NCBI GenBank assembly: GCA_964106915.2 | Contig: OZ066926.1 | Length of the DNA: 64,000 nucleotides | Direction: 5' to 3' (one strand) | Source: Podarcis gaigeae | Taxonomy: Eukaryota | Part shown: positions 24,574-37,986 of the stretch, piece by piece | Layout of the letters: each line of letters opens with the position of its first letter | Position numbering within the stretch: the first letter of the stretch is position 1 | Program-made: the position numbers and the translations under genes | The notes under the pieces: model-generated | Seen by the model: only the letters and a program-made list of their open reading frames with translations | The model's database searches: none | Told to the model about the DNA's origin: nothing

Positions 24574-26676
24574 GACCTGAGGTGGGAAGAAAAAAAAATT
24601 CCTGAAACCCTGGAGAGCCAGCCAGTACAGACAGTACTGAGCTAAATGGACCTGTAGTCTAACTTTTATCAGGCACTACGGCTACCTGTCATGGATGCTT
24701 CAATTGAGATTCCTGCATTGCAGGGGGTTGGACTAGATGGCCCTTGGTGGTCCCCTTCCAACACTATTATTCTATGATTCTGTCTTCCAGCCAAGAAGCT
24801 CAAATGCCTCCGTCATCCTACAAGCCCAGCAACCTCACCATCTGCCACCCAGCCTCTCCTCCTTTCTCTGAAGACACCCTTACTTTTCCTGCGAGAGAAA
24901 CTAGGTCAAGGAAAGATACCTCCTTTTGCAAATGACGTTTCGCACTTGTCACGGCTTGGGATCCTCATAGCAACAGCCGCCGTACTCTTGAGATGGCCTC
25001 CCCGCCCTCCGGCTCTCATCTCATCTGCACTTCCTGTATGCTCCAGCCGGGGGCAGCATTGTCTATCTGCCTGGATGTCTCGCATCCATGCGCATGTAGA
25101 CGGAAGGATATCAAATTGCTTGCAGCCCCCTTTTAAAAATAAAAATGCTTAACTATTTAACAAGCAATGCTTCGCGAAACAAAAACAACAACAACACACA
25201 CACTCCACCAATGTTTTAAGCAGCACTTCAGCTTGTGGTACATTATACTTTCGGAATTGACCGAAAAATAACAACAGTTAGATGAAATCATAGTTTAAAA
25301 TGATGTCCTTGTGTTCTCCTCCATCATCATCATCATCGTGTGCCAGCTGTGGAAGGACGTGGTAGGGTCTCCTTGATCACAAGCCCCCCAACAGTCGGCA
25401 TCGTGTGTGTGTGTGTGTGTGTGTTACTCCATCACATCAGACAAACGTGTTACTTTGGACAATGATTGCCTGCATCATTCCTGGTTAGAGCGCTGGGCTG
25501 GGGAGGCCCGGGTGGTCCCATCCCTTCTTGGATTCATGGCTTGCCTGGTGACTTTGGGACAGTCAGTCTCCTCGGCCTACCCCACCTCGCAGGGTTGCTG
25601 CGAGGATTAAATGGAGGCTGGTGGTTTCTATGTGTTCTGTCTGAGCTCCCTGGAAGAAGGATTGGATCAAAACGGAATGCCGCCCCCACTCTCAAAAAGG
25701 ATAGAAAGAAAAGTGCAGGGGCTTAAATTCTGTGACCTGGTTCCTCTCCTATGGTCAAGGGAAGCACTCGGCATGACCTCAGAGGCACTCTTTCTTCTTC
25801 AAATATCCCTAGGGTGTGAAGGTACGGAAAACTGGCAGCGGGTGTGGGGTCGGGAATGATTTCAAATATTTTCTAGGGCTAAGATCCTGTTCAGATTAAG
25901 CGCTGGCTGGATGGATGAGGCATTCATCATCATCATCATCATCATTCCACCCTTCACCCCAAGGTTCTGGTATCAGATGTGTCCGGGGTTAAATCTTATC
26001 CACCGCCCCAGCTGTCGCTCCCTTCTTAGATGCACGAAGAATCAGTAGTAAAGCGTTCTGCACATGCTCAGAGGCACCCTCTTGGCTTCACATATTATAC
26101 AGACGAGCCCTTGCATTGAAAAAAAATGGTTCTGGGGCGAAGGCTTCAATTTCATCCGATGCAGCCTTAAAACGGGGTGTGTTGGGGGGGTGGGCGTGCG
26201 AGCTCTCCGGCCACCCTCCGCCTGGCGTTCCTCCCCACCCGCGACCCTCCCTTTGCCCCACTCTCCCCAAAGCCCCGGGGAGCGTTGCTGCTCCTGCCGC
26301 CGCTGCCTCCGCGTGTGGTTATTGCTGTTTAGCATTCCATCACGCACTCGCTTCCGCCTAATCACTGCTAGGAAAGCGGTGCCTTTACCGGCAACTTCAG
26401 ACCTGCCAGGAACAGCTAACGGCCCTGACTGCGCATGATTAGCTCATAAACACCACCCAAGCCAGGAAGAGAGAGGGAGAGAGCGCAGGGCCAGGACGCC
26501 TGGGTTCTCTGGCCAGGGAGCGAGGGGTCCAGAGCGCTGCTGTGTCAGGATGCCGAGGCTCTCTCACCAAGGGGGAGTGGCGAGTCGCGGCCGGCTCCGT
26601 GGCTCCATTGGGGCGGGTGCCTTGAGGGGTGTGTGTGTACTGGATTGCTGTAAAATAGAGATACATCTCTCTTTCT

Positions 26677-26677
<1 letters not shown>

Positions 26678-26722
<45 letters not shown>
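26678..26722. repeat. (CA)n microsatellite
   Basis: Direct read. Confidence 0.95.
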
Positions 26723-26723
<1 letters not shown>

Positions 26724-28221
26724 ACTCTTCCCTGCCCCCAGCCATTGATATTGGTTGTACTGACTCCATTGTTTTCTACTGCACACACAACTGATCGGGG
26801 ATGGACAAGAGATATTGCAGCAGCAACCAGCACCTATTCTGCATCCCTGACGCAATGTGTATACTCATTAAGCTCACACTTCTGGGAGCTACTGTGAAAA
26901 GAAGGGAGAGTGCCAGTCGCTGTAACCATTAAGAGGGATTTGCAAACGACGAAGGATGTAAAAATGATCATTATACGTCAAGCATGCCACTTTTTGCAGA
27001 CTCATTCAGCACTGCATGCACACCTACATATAAACACATCTGCGCATGGGTAACATTGCCCATACAGACCCCACGTGCTCCATAAGCACTTGCCAGGATG
27101 CCATCGCAGTATACATTCAAAACAGGATATGTACATATAACACCATGTGTGCAAACTGTGTACACCACCCCAAAAATGTACACAGATACTGTACTGATGC
27201 ACACAATCATATTTGTGTGCGTGCTCCTCATGTGTCAGATACAGGGAGAGAAATAAACACACCCACATTGGGCATCATATATGAAGGCATTTTAATGCAT
27301 GTGCACACACCAAGGGGACACACACACATATGTACACCTTACATTGCAGTAATATGCACAGACAAACCATAGGTATGCCTTCGCAGTATTTACCCTTAAG
27401 GAATGATCCACCCAAAGAGACACACACAAATAAATAAATAGATACAAGACAGCACAGATTTATGCATGTCTACTCAGAAGCAAGTAAATGTGCATAGGAA
27501 TACAGCGCTATGCACACACTCAAGGGCAAATCCACAAGCTCCATGCACATGCCAATTTTGCACACGCATCCACCTATACATATGGCATGTCTGCACCTGC
27601 CCAAAATGTGTATATCTGGTACTGGTGTTACAATGGTTCTGTAAAATCGAGAGGTACAGTATAATAGAAATATATTAAATAAAACTAGCAAGTGCCCCCC
27701 ACCTATATATTGCCTTGATTTCTTTTTCACATTTGTATCATATCAGGGTGAAGGTGGCAGACATGAGACCGTTGCTTCTACATCACAACAGCCCTACAAG
27801 GTAAGTTACGAAGAACAGAAGAAACTGGCTTGCATAGAGTTGACCCACCTAGCCCAAGTGTAGGGCTGGGAGTGAGTGTCCAGGGTTTCAAACACAGGTC
27901 TCTCCCAGCTGTACCTGGAGATGGCAGGGGTTGAACCTGGGACCTTCTCAATGGAATGCATGAGCTCAGCCATGGAGCTTCAGCCCCTTCCTAAATTAGG
28001 CTCAAAATCAGCAACCAAACTAAGGATAATCTCCAAGCTCATTCCAACCCAGGTATCTCCCTGGCCCAAGTCCACCACTTGTGTGTAAGACTTGCAGCAC
28101 TATAATCCTATATCCAAAATCCACAGGATCAAACATAATGTTGCTGCATAGTGAGCAAGCTTTGGAGCATTTTCCGAACTCTTTCATCAACCTAGATGTT
28201 AGGCAGATAAAGGAATACAAT

Positions 28222-28458
28222 ACAGTCATACCTTGGTTGTCAAACGCCTTGGTACAGGTATGTTTTGGCTCCCGAACGCCGCAAATCCGGTTTACGAATG
28301 TTCTTTGGAAGATGAACGTCCAACGCGGCTTCTGCGGGTTCTGATTGAGTGCAGGAAGCTCCTGCAGCCAATCGGAAGCCGTGCCTTGGTTTTTGAACAT
28401 TTTCGGAAGTTGAAGGGACTTTCAGAATGGATTCTGTTCGATCCCAAGGTACGACTGT
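28222..28458. mobile_element. Tc1/mariner (Tigger-like) MITE
   Basis: TA-CAGTCATACCTTGG...CCAAGGTACGACTG-TA. Confidence 0.75.
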
Positions 28459-28781
28459 ATCTGCAGGTTATAACAAAAAATGCATGTGTAATGTATATGG
28501 AGCTTTAGGGGCAAATGAGGGCCAGCAGATTTATCCTCACATGAACCCTGTGAGGTAGGTTGGGCTGAGCAACAGCAACTATTACCAATATTACCTAGCT
28601 AGCCATCATTGTAACTGAGCTTGAATTTGCACCCTGGACTCCCCAGTCTTAACAAAACACCAGATCACCACACTGTAAAGTACCATTTATGTTCATCTCC
28701 AGCTTCACTGCTGAACAGGAATATGAACCCAGGTCTTCATTCCACACTCTTCCCAGAACACCACACTGTAAAAGTAGTAGT

Positions 28782-29163
28782 AGGTAAAAGGTAAAGGACC
28801 CCCGGACGGTTAAGTCCAGTCAAAGGTGACTAAGGCATTGCGGCGCTCATCTTGCTTTCAGGCCAAGGAAGCCGGCGTTTGTCCACAGACAGCTTTCCGG
28901 ATCATGTGGCCAGCATGACTAAACTGCTTCTGGCACAACGGGACACCATGACGAGCGCTAGAGCGCACGGAAACGCTGTTTCCCTTCCTGCCACAGCAGT
29001 ACCCATTTATCTACTTGCACAGGTGTGCTTTCAAACTGCTAGGTTGGCAGGAGCTGGGACAGAGCAACAAGAGCTCACCCCATCCAGCGGATTCGAACCG
29101 TTGACCTTCTGATCAGCAAGCCCAAGAGGCTCAGTGGTTTAGACCACAGCACCACCAGCTCCC
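28782..29163 (-). mobile_element. Sauria SINE
   Basis: AGGTAAAAGGTAAAGG tail; reverse-complement B-box GGATTCGAACC. Confidence 0.88.
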
Positions 29164-29599
29164 CTTAGTAGTAGTAGTAGTAGTAAGTAGCAATAACAAT
29201 AACACATTTGTATTATTTATTATATTTATGAGATGCTTCAGTAAACATCCCTATAAAATTGCAATAAACGTAAGAGACAACCAGCCTACGAATTCAGAAA
29301 GCAAAACCAGTGCTGATATTCAGCAGGAAAATACTATCTATAGCACTTCCAAGTGTTCAGAGCGTTTCTCCGTGCGCCAAGCAGTTCTAACCCCTTTAAC
29401 AACTCTGTTAGCCAAGTCAGTATTATTACCATCTCTCCTCTCTGAGTTCACAGCCTCGGCCTCTATTTTACAGGGAGCGATGGGGCGGGTGGAAGTCAGT
29501 GCCTGGGTAAGACCGCCTAGCGGTTAGCTCACAGCAGGGCCGAGATTCGAACCGGGTACTTGGTGGCCCGCGGTCCCGTCGCTTAGCCGCTGCGCTACA

Positions 29600-30999
29600 C
29601 CGGCTCTCATTGGATGTTCCTCTCCCTGTTCCGCGCACAAGAAGCTCTACCTACACCGCCTAATAGGTGCGCACGCACAAAAACTCCTGCTCCGTGCACG
29701 CGCGTCAGTGCAAACTGCCCATGTGCAGAGGGCAACCTCATGCGCAAAGTGAAGGCGGCGGGCGGGTGGCTGGAGTGGGAGCCGCCACGGGCCACTTGGG
29801 GGAAGGTTTTCCCACTTCGTCTCTTGGGACGCCCGGCCACGAGGGGGTTAACCGGGTCTCGCGTGGCTGTTGTTTTTTCGCTTTTCGGCCCGCGGGATCT
29901 CCCTGCAAGCCCCTGGATCACCTTACCCAACCTCTCTTCCCTCTTCTGCAGCAGGGATAGGCGGGGACCAGCTCGCTTTCCCCTCCTCCTTACCAACAGT
30001 CCCCTCCACACTTCCAGGAATCACCCAGGAAAAAAAAAAGGCAGGAGGGGGAGGGCGAGGGGGAGGGAGCCTAGCGGGGTTTACACAGCCACTTCCTGCC
30101 AATCAGGAGCCTGCCAGCCACCTCCGGCGGCCAATGAAAGTTCTGACCATTCATAAAAATAAATACTCTTGCCACACTCCACCCCAGCCACACACAGGCA
30201 CCAGGAATCCAAGCCTCTCTTCCCCCCAGCGTGTCAGTTTCCCCGTGAAACATACAAGCTCCTCTTGGAACCGGAGCAGCTCAAATATTATTCTTGTAGC
30301 TCTCGCTCTCTTTCCCGCCCTTCTCCATCCCTCCAGCTCCCAGCACGATGCAGCCAGCAGCAGCCACACGCTGACATGAGATGCGAGTTCACCGGCTCTC
30401 GCTCTCTTCCTCCTCCTCCCACCGCCGACCAGCCCCGCTTTACTCCGCTAACGGGAAAAGCGCTTCAGAAACGCGCGCGCACATTCACACGCACTTCCAG
30501 GAAACCAGAAAGACGCTGCGATTCTTGGCGAGAGGAAACGGATCGGTCGGCCTTTCTGCGCGTACACTCCTCCCCCCTCCTCCTCCTCCGCCCCGAGCAA
30601 CTTCCACCACTTTCGACTCCTCTTGAGTAGTCCTGATCCGGGAGGTATCCGGTGTGTGTGCCGGGGAGGGGAATGTGGGGGGGAGAGAGAGATTAATTGG
30701 CCCAGCCTGGGAACAAGCCTCCCATCCGGTGCGCCCCAGGCGCGCGGGGCGTTTGCAGACTCTGCTCGGCGCACCGCTTCCCCCTCGCGACCACAACCCG
30801 CCCCCCTCGCCGGCGTTGCAAGTATGGCAAAGGCAGGCGATCGGACTGGGCTCGGTTTCGGCAGAGGATCCCGCGAAGGGAAGAGCATTTTTAAATTTTG
30901 ATCCCCCCCCCGCACCCCACCCGTTTCCTCCCTCCCTCTCTTTTCTTCCACTCTTGGAGAGACACACACAGGCACCTCGCTGCTTTCACGCCGCCAAAG
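29600..30999 (+). promoter_or_regulatory. CpG-island promoter and non-coding exon 1 of the SOCS3-like gene
   Basis: GAS motifs TTCCAGGAA at 30012-30020 and 30495-30503; ETS CACTTCCTG 30090-30098; CCAAT at 30099 and 30131; CATAAAA 30152; consensus donor AAG|GTAAGT (intron starts 31000). TSS not determinable. Confidence 0.7.
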
Positions 31000-32776
31000 G
31001 TAAGTGAGTTTAAAATAACGACGACGGCGAGAGCATTAATAACCCCCATCCCACTCCCTGTTTTATATTGTTGGTGCCAGAAGTGGGGGGGGGGGGGACA
31101 GGGCTGAGATTGCAAAGGTGGGGAAGAAGACGACGAGAAGACAGGACCAGCCCGCCCAGAGCTAGAAGCGAGGAGTAGTCAGTGCCTGGGTAACTTTGGC
31201 TCCTGCAGTATTGTGGTGGTTTTCATGTCGGGCGCTACTCAGCCTAGGAGAAATAACTTTCTCCAAGTTTAATTTTGTTTCCTCGTCATAAAGGATTAAT
31301 TATCATGACGGTTATTAATTATTTAGGGAAATAAGGGGAATCCAGATTATAGGCAAAGCAGCACCGTGGTTTAGGTTGGGTTGGTTGGGGGTGGGGGTAA
31401 ACAAGGACTAGAATCTGTACAAATTGGAAATCTGACCAAAACAAAAAATCAAAGAAAATGCAAACTTCCAAAACATTTAACATTTTGGTTTTGAGAGCTG
31501 GAGGACATTAATGTTCTATCTTCGTGGCTGTTGTAATTAAAACAAAACAATATGCACAGCCAACTTGCTACATTCAGGATTTTTCCATTTCCACCACACA
31601 CGCCTTAAGAAAACCTAGTGGGATTGCGCAACTGGGAGTATTGGGAAGGAAGTGGAAAATCAGCAGGATTTTTAAATTCAGCTAACCCAACAGAAAATTT
31701 ATTTAGGAGCTAGTTTTCGAACCATAGCAAAACCTTGTTTGGAAGCCCCAGCTTATTTCCACATATTCCCCTTGTAAAGATGAACAGTGTTTCTTTGCTA
31801 TTTTGTGGAATTCTATCCCTAGTATCATCAACATCATCGTTATTTGTTATCGCCATCATCAAAATAGGTATTGATTGCCTTTCCGTAAAGCATCCTGAAG
31901 GCATTGTTGCTGCTTGAAAAATGAAGGAGACAATAACATGTAATTAAGAGCAGCGAGAAAAGGAGGGGCCTTTTGGGGTAAAGGCTGCAACTCAGAGGAA
32001 GAGCATCTACTTTGTGTTGCAAAAGGTTCCCTGGTTCAGGTGCGGCTGGGCATCTTCCGTGTCTGAAACCCTGGAAAACCACTGCTAATGGTGCTAATAC
32101 TGAACTAGACGGACTAATTGTCTGACTGTGTTTAAGGCTTTTTACTGTATTCCTACAGTCCAACCCAAGATGTGCATATTTAAGTCCTGTTTATTTAAGT
32201 GGAAAACTTATGCCCATGCTTAAGCCTTCCGTTTTAAATGTGATCCCCTTTTCTAAAGCCTTCAAGTCCAAAACGATTGCAAAAAAGTTTTGCTAACAAG
32301 AGAGAAAGAAAGGCAATGAGGTGTGGCCAGCTTGGCAGGGTGTTCTGCCATTGCGATGCCACTGTTGAGGAGACTCTTCCTTAAGTATAGAGGAAAAGGT
32401 GTGTGGGACTTGGAGTAAAACCGCCTTAGAAGATCACCGGTGCCAAGAATGCTCATATGTGCCTCTTGTTTATGGTTAACCATCAAGGACTTGATTTAAA
32501 CCCATGCAGAGGTTCAACAGGTAACCTCCACCAGGGGACCATTCTGCAGCTCCCCCCCCCCCCCGGGAGTGAATTGTCCAACTGCACCCAAGGCAGAAGG
32601 AAAACCCAGAGCGCCGACTCACACAGAGATATGACAGGCAACACCCATATGACATCTGCTCTTATATGACTGGAAGCTGCTAGTACAGGTGATCCAAGGA
32701 GGATTTCTCTCCTCCAGCAAAGACTGGAAAGCTAGAGCAGTGACTCACAGAGAGGCATCCTTATTGTGGATGGGTA

Positions 32777-33333
32777 CTAGATCAAGGGAAGTAATAGTGC
32801 CACTGTATTCTGCTCTGGTCAGACCTCACCTGGAGTACTGTGTCCAGTTCTGGGCACCACAGTTCAAGAAGGACACTGACAAACTGGAACGTGTCCAGAG
32901 GAGGGCAACCAAAATGGTCAAAGGCCTGGAAACGATGCCTTATGAGGAACGGCTAAGGGAGCTGGGCATGTTTAGCCTGGAGAAGAGGAGGTTAAGGGGT
33001 CATATGATAGCCATGTTCAAATATATAAAAGGATGTCACATAGAGGAGGGAGAAAGGTTGTTTTCTGCTGCTCCAGAGAAGCGGACACGGAGCAATGGTT
33101 CCAAACTACAAGAAAAAAGATTCCACCTAAACATTAGGAAGAACTTCCTGACAGTAAGAGCTGTTCGACAGTGGAATTTGCTGCCAAGGAGTGTGGTGGA
33201 GTCTCCTTCTTTGGAGGTCTTTAAGCAGAGGCTTGACAACCATATGTCAGGAGTGCTCTGATGGTGTTTCCTGCTTGGCAGGGGGTTGGACTCGATGGCC
33301 CTTGTGGTCTCTTCCAACTCTAGGATTCTATGA
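32777..33333 (+). mobile_element. CR1 LINE 3' fragment (ORF2 C-terminus), apparently young
   Basis: [43 protein letters not shown], open to the native stop; CR1 3' UTR ending GATTCTATGA. Confidence 0.95.
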
Positions 33334-36300
33334 CTTCGGGCTCACAAAAACAGTCAATCATTTACCGGTACTTTCTTTTTTTTATGGGGGGGAAAAAGAA
33401 CATAGGAAGCTGACCTATGCCTGGTCAGGCTTTTGATCCATCCAGGATGTAGATCTACCTACTGCCTTTCCCATCACCTGCTACCTGATGTTTTTAAGTG
33501 GGGGTCCAGGAGTTGACCCTGGGACCATCTCAATCCAAAGCTTCACCCACTGAGCCAATGTCCCCTTCCCCAGTTTCCTAATGGCAGGGCTTGCAGTTTC
33601 TTCATAGTGTTTGTTGCGCTTAGGTAATTTTAGACTCTGGACACTAATGGGCTTGCAGCCTGCCCCACTTTAGGCGGTCATGTGTTTTGCTTCCCTTTCT
33701 TCAGAATGTGGCAAGCCTTTCACCCCCTGTTCCTGCTGCCGAGGGAGACAGCTGGACCTCTGGCACAAAGACTTGCCCAATGGCAGCCACTGTTTGCTTG
33801 TGGCACCCAAGTTGGCAGGGACATTGATGGGCAACTTAACCGTTTCAAGGCCTGGACACAAAGGCAAATGTTAGCATAACATTTGCATGTGCTAATGTAT
33901 ATGTAAAGATGGGAACATCTCTAGGGATTGAATCTGATACTTTCTGCGGGTGCTCCAACCACTAAGCTGACAGACCTCCCCCCTTAAAAAAACCCAAAAA
34001 CCCACACACAGATTTCTCACCCAAATCATCCCAGATAAATTTTTCAGTTAATTTGGAGCAGAGGTTGCCTCTACTCAGTTCCTCTTCAGATTCATTTATC
34101 CCCATTGATTTCTCACAGCCCCTTCTCCAAATCAATTCTTTTTGCCCAAATCAACTCTAGATAAAGTAGTCTTAAATTAATTTATTTCCCCAGGTGAGTA
34201 TCCTACACAATAACCTAGAGCTCTCTCACACGCATGCATTCAATTTCCCTTGAATTCATTACCTGGCTAACACTAGGGGGCATTAGAAAAAGGTTGAACC
34301 CCCGTATCTCATGGGCCCACCTGTATCAACTCTACAGTTTGGGAATTACCAAATTCTCAATGTTTGTGTGTGGGTGTGGAGGTTTTATTTCTGCATCAGA
34401 ACCTTAACACAATTCTGCCAGCCTGTACAGGGTGCTTTGGTGCGGGGGTGTGTGTGATTTCTGCCTCAACTCAATTTTCCCCCAGGAAAGATTGGGAAAC
34501 AGGGTACTGTACTAGAATCCTGCTGCCACATCCAAGCTCGTGCATCTGAACAACAGAACTGTGCTCTAATGTAATATAAATCCCCACCCTCCCTCTCAGT
34601 ATTATTCACAGATGCCTCCTTTAAAAAATAAGAAGAAATTCCATATATTGTTTAATTTTTCTGGAGTAGCATTCGCCACGTCGATTCTGCTGTGGGAATG
34701 AAGGCTTCCAAAAGCACTTTTCTGGCAGAGGTTCTTTGTAAACACTGGCATAGCATAGCTCCCCCCCCTCAAAGCAAGTTAACCACACCCATCCCAGTTA
34801 GTCTCCTCCCCCTAACTTTTGCAGAGGGCCTTGGGAAGCAGCTACAGTGGGATGATAAGATCTTCCAAGATGGTGTTCAGCAGCAGAATGGTCACTGCAG
34901 CCTGATGTGTTCTTGGGGCTGTATCACTTCAGTATCGAGGCAGGAGGAATTGAACGATGGAGAGTTTTCTCTTGCACTTTGGCCATGGAAGCTAGTATGT
35001 TGGGGGAATGATTCTTGATTTCTGTATGCAGGGATGTTTTGGTGTGGGGAAACTTGTCAAATGTGCAGCCTTCAGCTCCCAGTGGTACAGTCTTGAGGAG
35101 GCTTTACCAGGCGGAGCCTGCATATTAGCTCTAAAACGGGGGTTCAGACCTTGTTGTTGCTTTCTATGCTCACAAGCAGATACGCATCAGGTGAAGTTTC
35201 CCTATCGCTACAGCTCTCTCAAGGAAAAGCATCACCTGTTGAATTTCTGCCCACACACAGCTTGCAGAGGTATATGATGCCTACCAGAGGGGAAACAAAA
35301 AATATGGCAAACCCTGGTCTAGGCCATACTTGAGTAGTCTACGAGTCCTTATTATAGGAGACTATCAGGAGGTTCAGACCTAGAGGGCACCAGCATATAT
35401 TGTTCTGAGATGGGCAACAACTTTGGGGTTCTTAATGTGTGCAGTTTGCAAATCCGTGGGAAATCCTAGACAGCTGGACAGTTCAAATTACTTGAGAATG
35501 TGCAATGAACATAACAGTGACTCCTTTCCAAAGTGACAAAAAAGGTCTTTGCTTCCGCTTTCCCAAGAAGTAGGGAGTTGCAGGGTATGTTTTCTTTTAA
35601 TGAAATATCAGCTACAAAGGCTTTGCAGCAGGTGTTTACTTATAAAAAGACAAAAACATTTTGGGAGCAAACAGGCTTATATTTATCAGGCCCGGAAGTG
35701 CTATTTTGGGTAGTAGACTCTCAAGGTGGTACTAGGTGAACAGCTACAGCCCACCCCAAGACTTCACTGCCAGCTCTGTGAGATTCCTTGTATGACTCCC
35801 TATCTCCACCCCAAACTCTGGTGGGTGTTGCATTCCAAAGGAAGGAGAGTTTTCCATCCATCAAGGATCAGTATGCTGTTTTGACTACCATAAGTGCCTC
35901 ATACAAAATCGTTTTATGACCAGTCATATCCATATCACTAAATGTTTAGCACATTTAAAACACCTGCCTTTCCCCAAAGAATCCTGGGGACTTTGGGGGA
36001 AGCCACCTGTTGAACGGCTGTAAATATGCTTTAAACGTATGGTGTTAGATGTGATGTCAGTAGAGGGATTTGAACCCAACTCTTGCAGGTCTGAATGCAT
36101 TGAAGCAGGCCTGGTTCTAGGATAAATAGCACCCTGGGGTGAAGGATGCCTGCAGCAGTCCCCTCTGTGGCTGGTTTTGTAGGGTTGCCAAGTTATGTAC
36201 CTTGTGCAAGGTTGCAAAACCCGACGGTATAACATGCCCTTGTTGCTCCCAGGCGTTCCCAGAAATGCTCATGAAAAGATCCCGGAGCTACCTGTCAATG

Positions 36301-36694
36301 ATTTTGCCCCAGCAGTGTAGACAGAACAGTCAACAAACTCTGAACTTAGCTGGACAATCACACACACACACACCCCTTCTTCAGCTTGGCACCCAAGGAG
36401 AGCAACAGAGCTCATCCACCACTATGTTTGAGCTACAGCCATTCGTTCCAAGTAATCACACAACCAGATCTGCTGCGAGATCAATCAGTCTTCTATGCTT
36501 CTGTCCAGTTTAGTAACAGGAAAAGCTTTGGAGATGTGTCAGCAGAACAAGGTGGGAGAGGGGTGAGGCAGTGGAAGGGAGAGTACCACTGTACACTGCA
36601 GATAAGAGGTTCCTACAAGAGCATCTTCTCAACACTTCGTCCCTGCAGCCTGGACTATGATACAGTGGGGGAAATATCATTGCTTCTTAGAATG

Positions 36695-37005
36695 ATGGGA
36701 TTGTAGAGTTGGAAGGGACCTCAAAGATGATCTCTGCAATGCAGGAATATCTGCTAAAGCATCCACCCAGCCTCCACTTAAAAACCTCCAAGGAGAGTCT
36801 GCCACCTTCCAATACAAGGGAGTCTGTTCCACTGTTGAACAGTGCTTGGTGTTAAAAAGTTCCTCCTGTAGAGTCAGGATCTCCTTTCTTGTCACTTGAA
36901 TCCACTGGTTCCAGCCCTAATCTCTGGAGCAGGAGAAAACGAGTTTGCTCCATCTTCCATGTTAACAGCCCTTTAGATATTTGAAAATGATTATCATATC
37001 TCCTC
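36695..37005 (-). mobile_element. Degenerate CR1 3' fragment
   Basis: Reverse complement of CR1 end motifs (GTAGAGTTGGAAGGGACC; TATTTGAAAATGATTATCATATCTCCTCT). Confidence 0.65.
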
Positions 37006-37986
37006 TGAGTAGAACTGAGTTGGATACAAGTCATTGATTTTAATGGGTGTATCTGCTGTATGACTAATTGGATATCACTCAGGATCCTAATATGTCCTCC
37101 CTGCTTTGATATCTGGGCACCCAAATTTGCCTTTGTTCTTCTGGGTATAACTTTCATGAATGATTCCCATAGTGGCAAAGATTTGTGCAAGAGCTGAGTT
37201 TGCTCAATCATAGCTCAACATACACTGGACAACATAGCTAAGGCTTCCTGCAAGAAGTTGAAAGCTGTGAAGTCAAGTGCTCTGACAAGCTTGGCGTACC
37301 GGAATGTCAACACAACATCCTTGGTTTGATCTGGTCAGCCAAAGAGGTTTTTTTCTGCCCCCACCCCCCAAGGCCTTACCAATTTTGATGACGTGGCAAA
37401 AAAATAAAAATTAGGTAGAGCACTAGAGTGAGCAGAGAGACCTAATGCCCTGCTTAGGTTGCAAACCACCTCCTGCCCAGTTGGCAGATTGATCTGGTGG
37501 CCACAACCTCCCATCTCAGCTGAACTGCATGGAGTTGCAAGTGTGTGAGGTGGCCACACACACCACTGATGGAACAACACCTGGAAGTTTTTGGCCAAGG
37601 GTGAATGTGGCTCTCAAACCAAAAAAAGCTCTGCTTTGGATAAAATGCCAAAGCTACTTTTCAAACAAACTTTGCTAAACCTGCTTTGTTCAGTCATGCC
37701 GCTCCAAGATCTTTCACAGCAAATGCACAGGAATAATATCAAGCATTTTTAGTTAGCGTGTCTCCATTTAGGCGCATATTGAAATAGAGCTATTTCCCAA
37801 GTTTCTTGGTTCTGCTTTTATGCCTTGTCTCGAGCAAAGAAGACGTGAGTCCAGGGGAGAGACCTGCACCTTTCAGCTGGAGTTTGAAAGCCTGCAGGCT
37901 CCTGCTGCATGAACCGTCTCTGTCTTCCTTTTCAGATGCTGCTCCGGTAACCGACTGAGCGTCTCTCCCGGCCAACTGGAGGCGCA

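Noticed and set aside
27000-27650. CA/ATGC-rich stretch resembling a repeat array
   Set aside because: Degenerate microsatellite-like sequence with no fixed repeat-spacer period; not CRISPR-like.
32689-33261. 190-aa ORF as a host gene
   Set aside because: It is the C-terminus of CR1 ORF2 in a 5'-truncated insertion.
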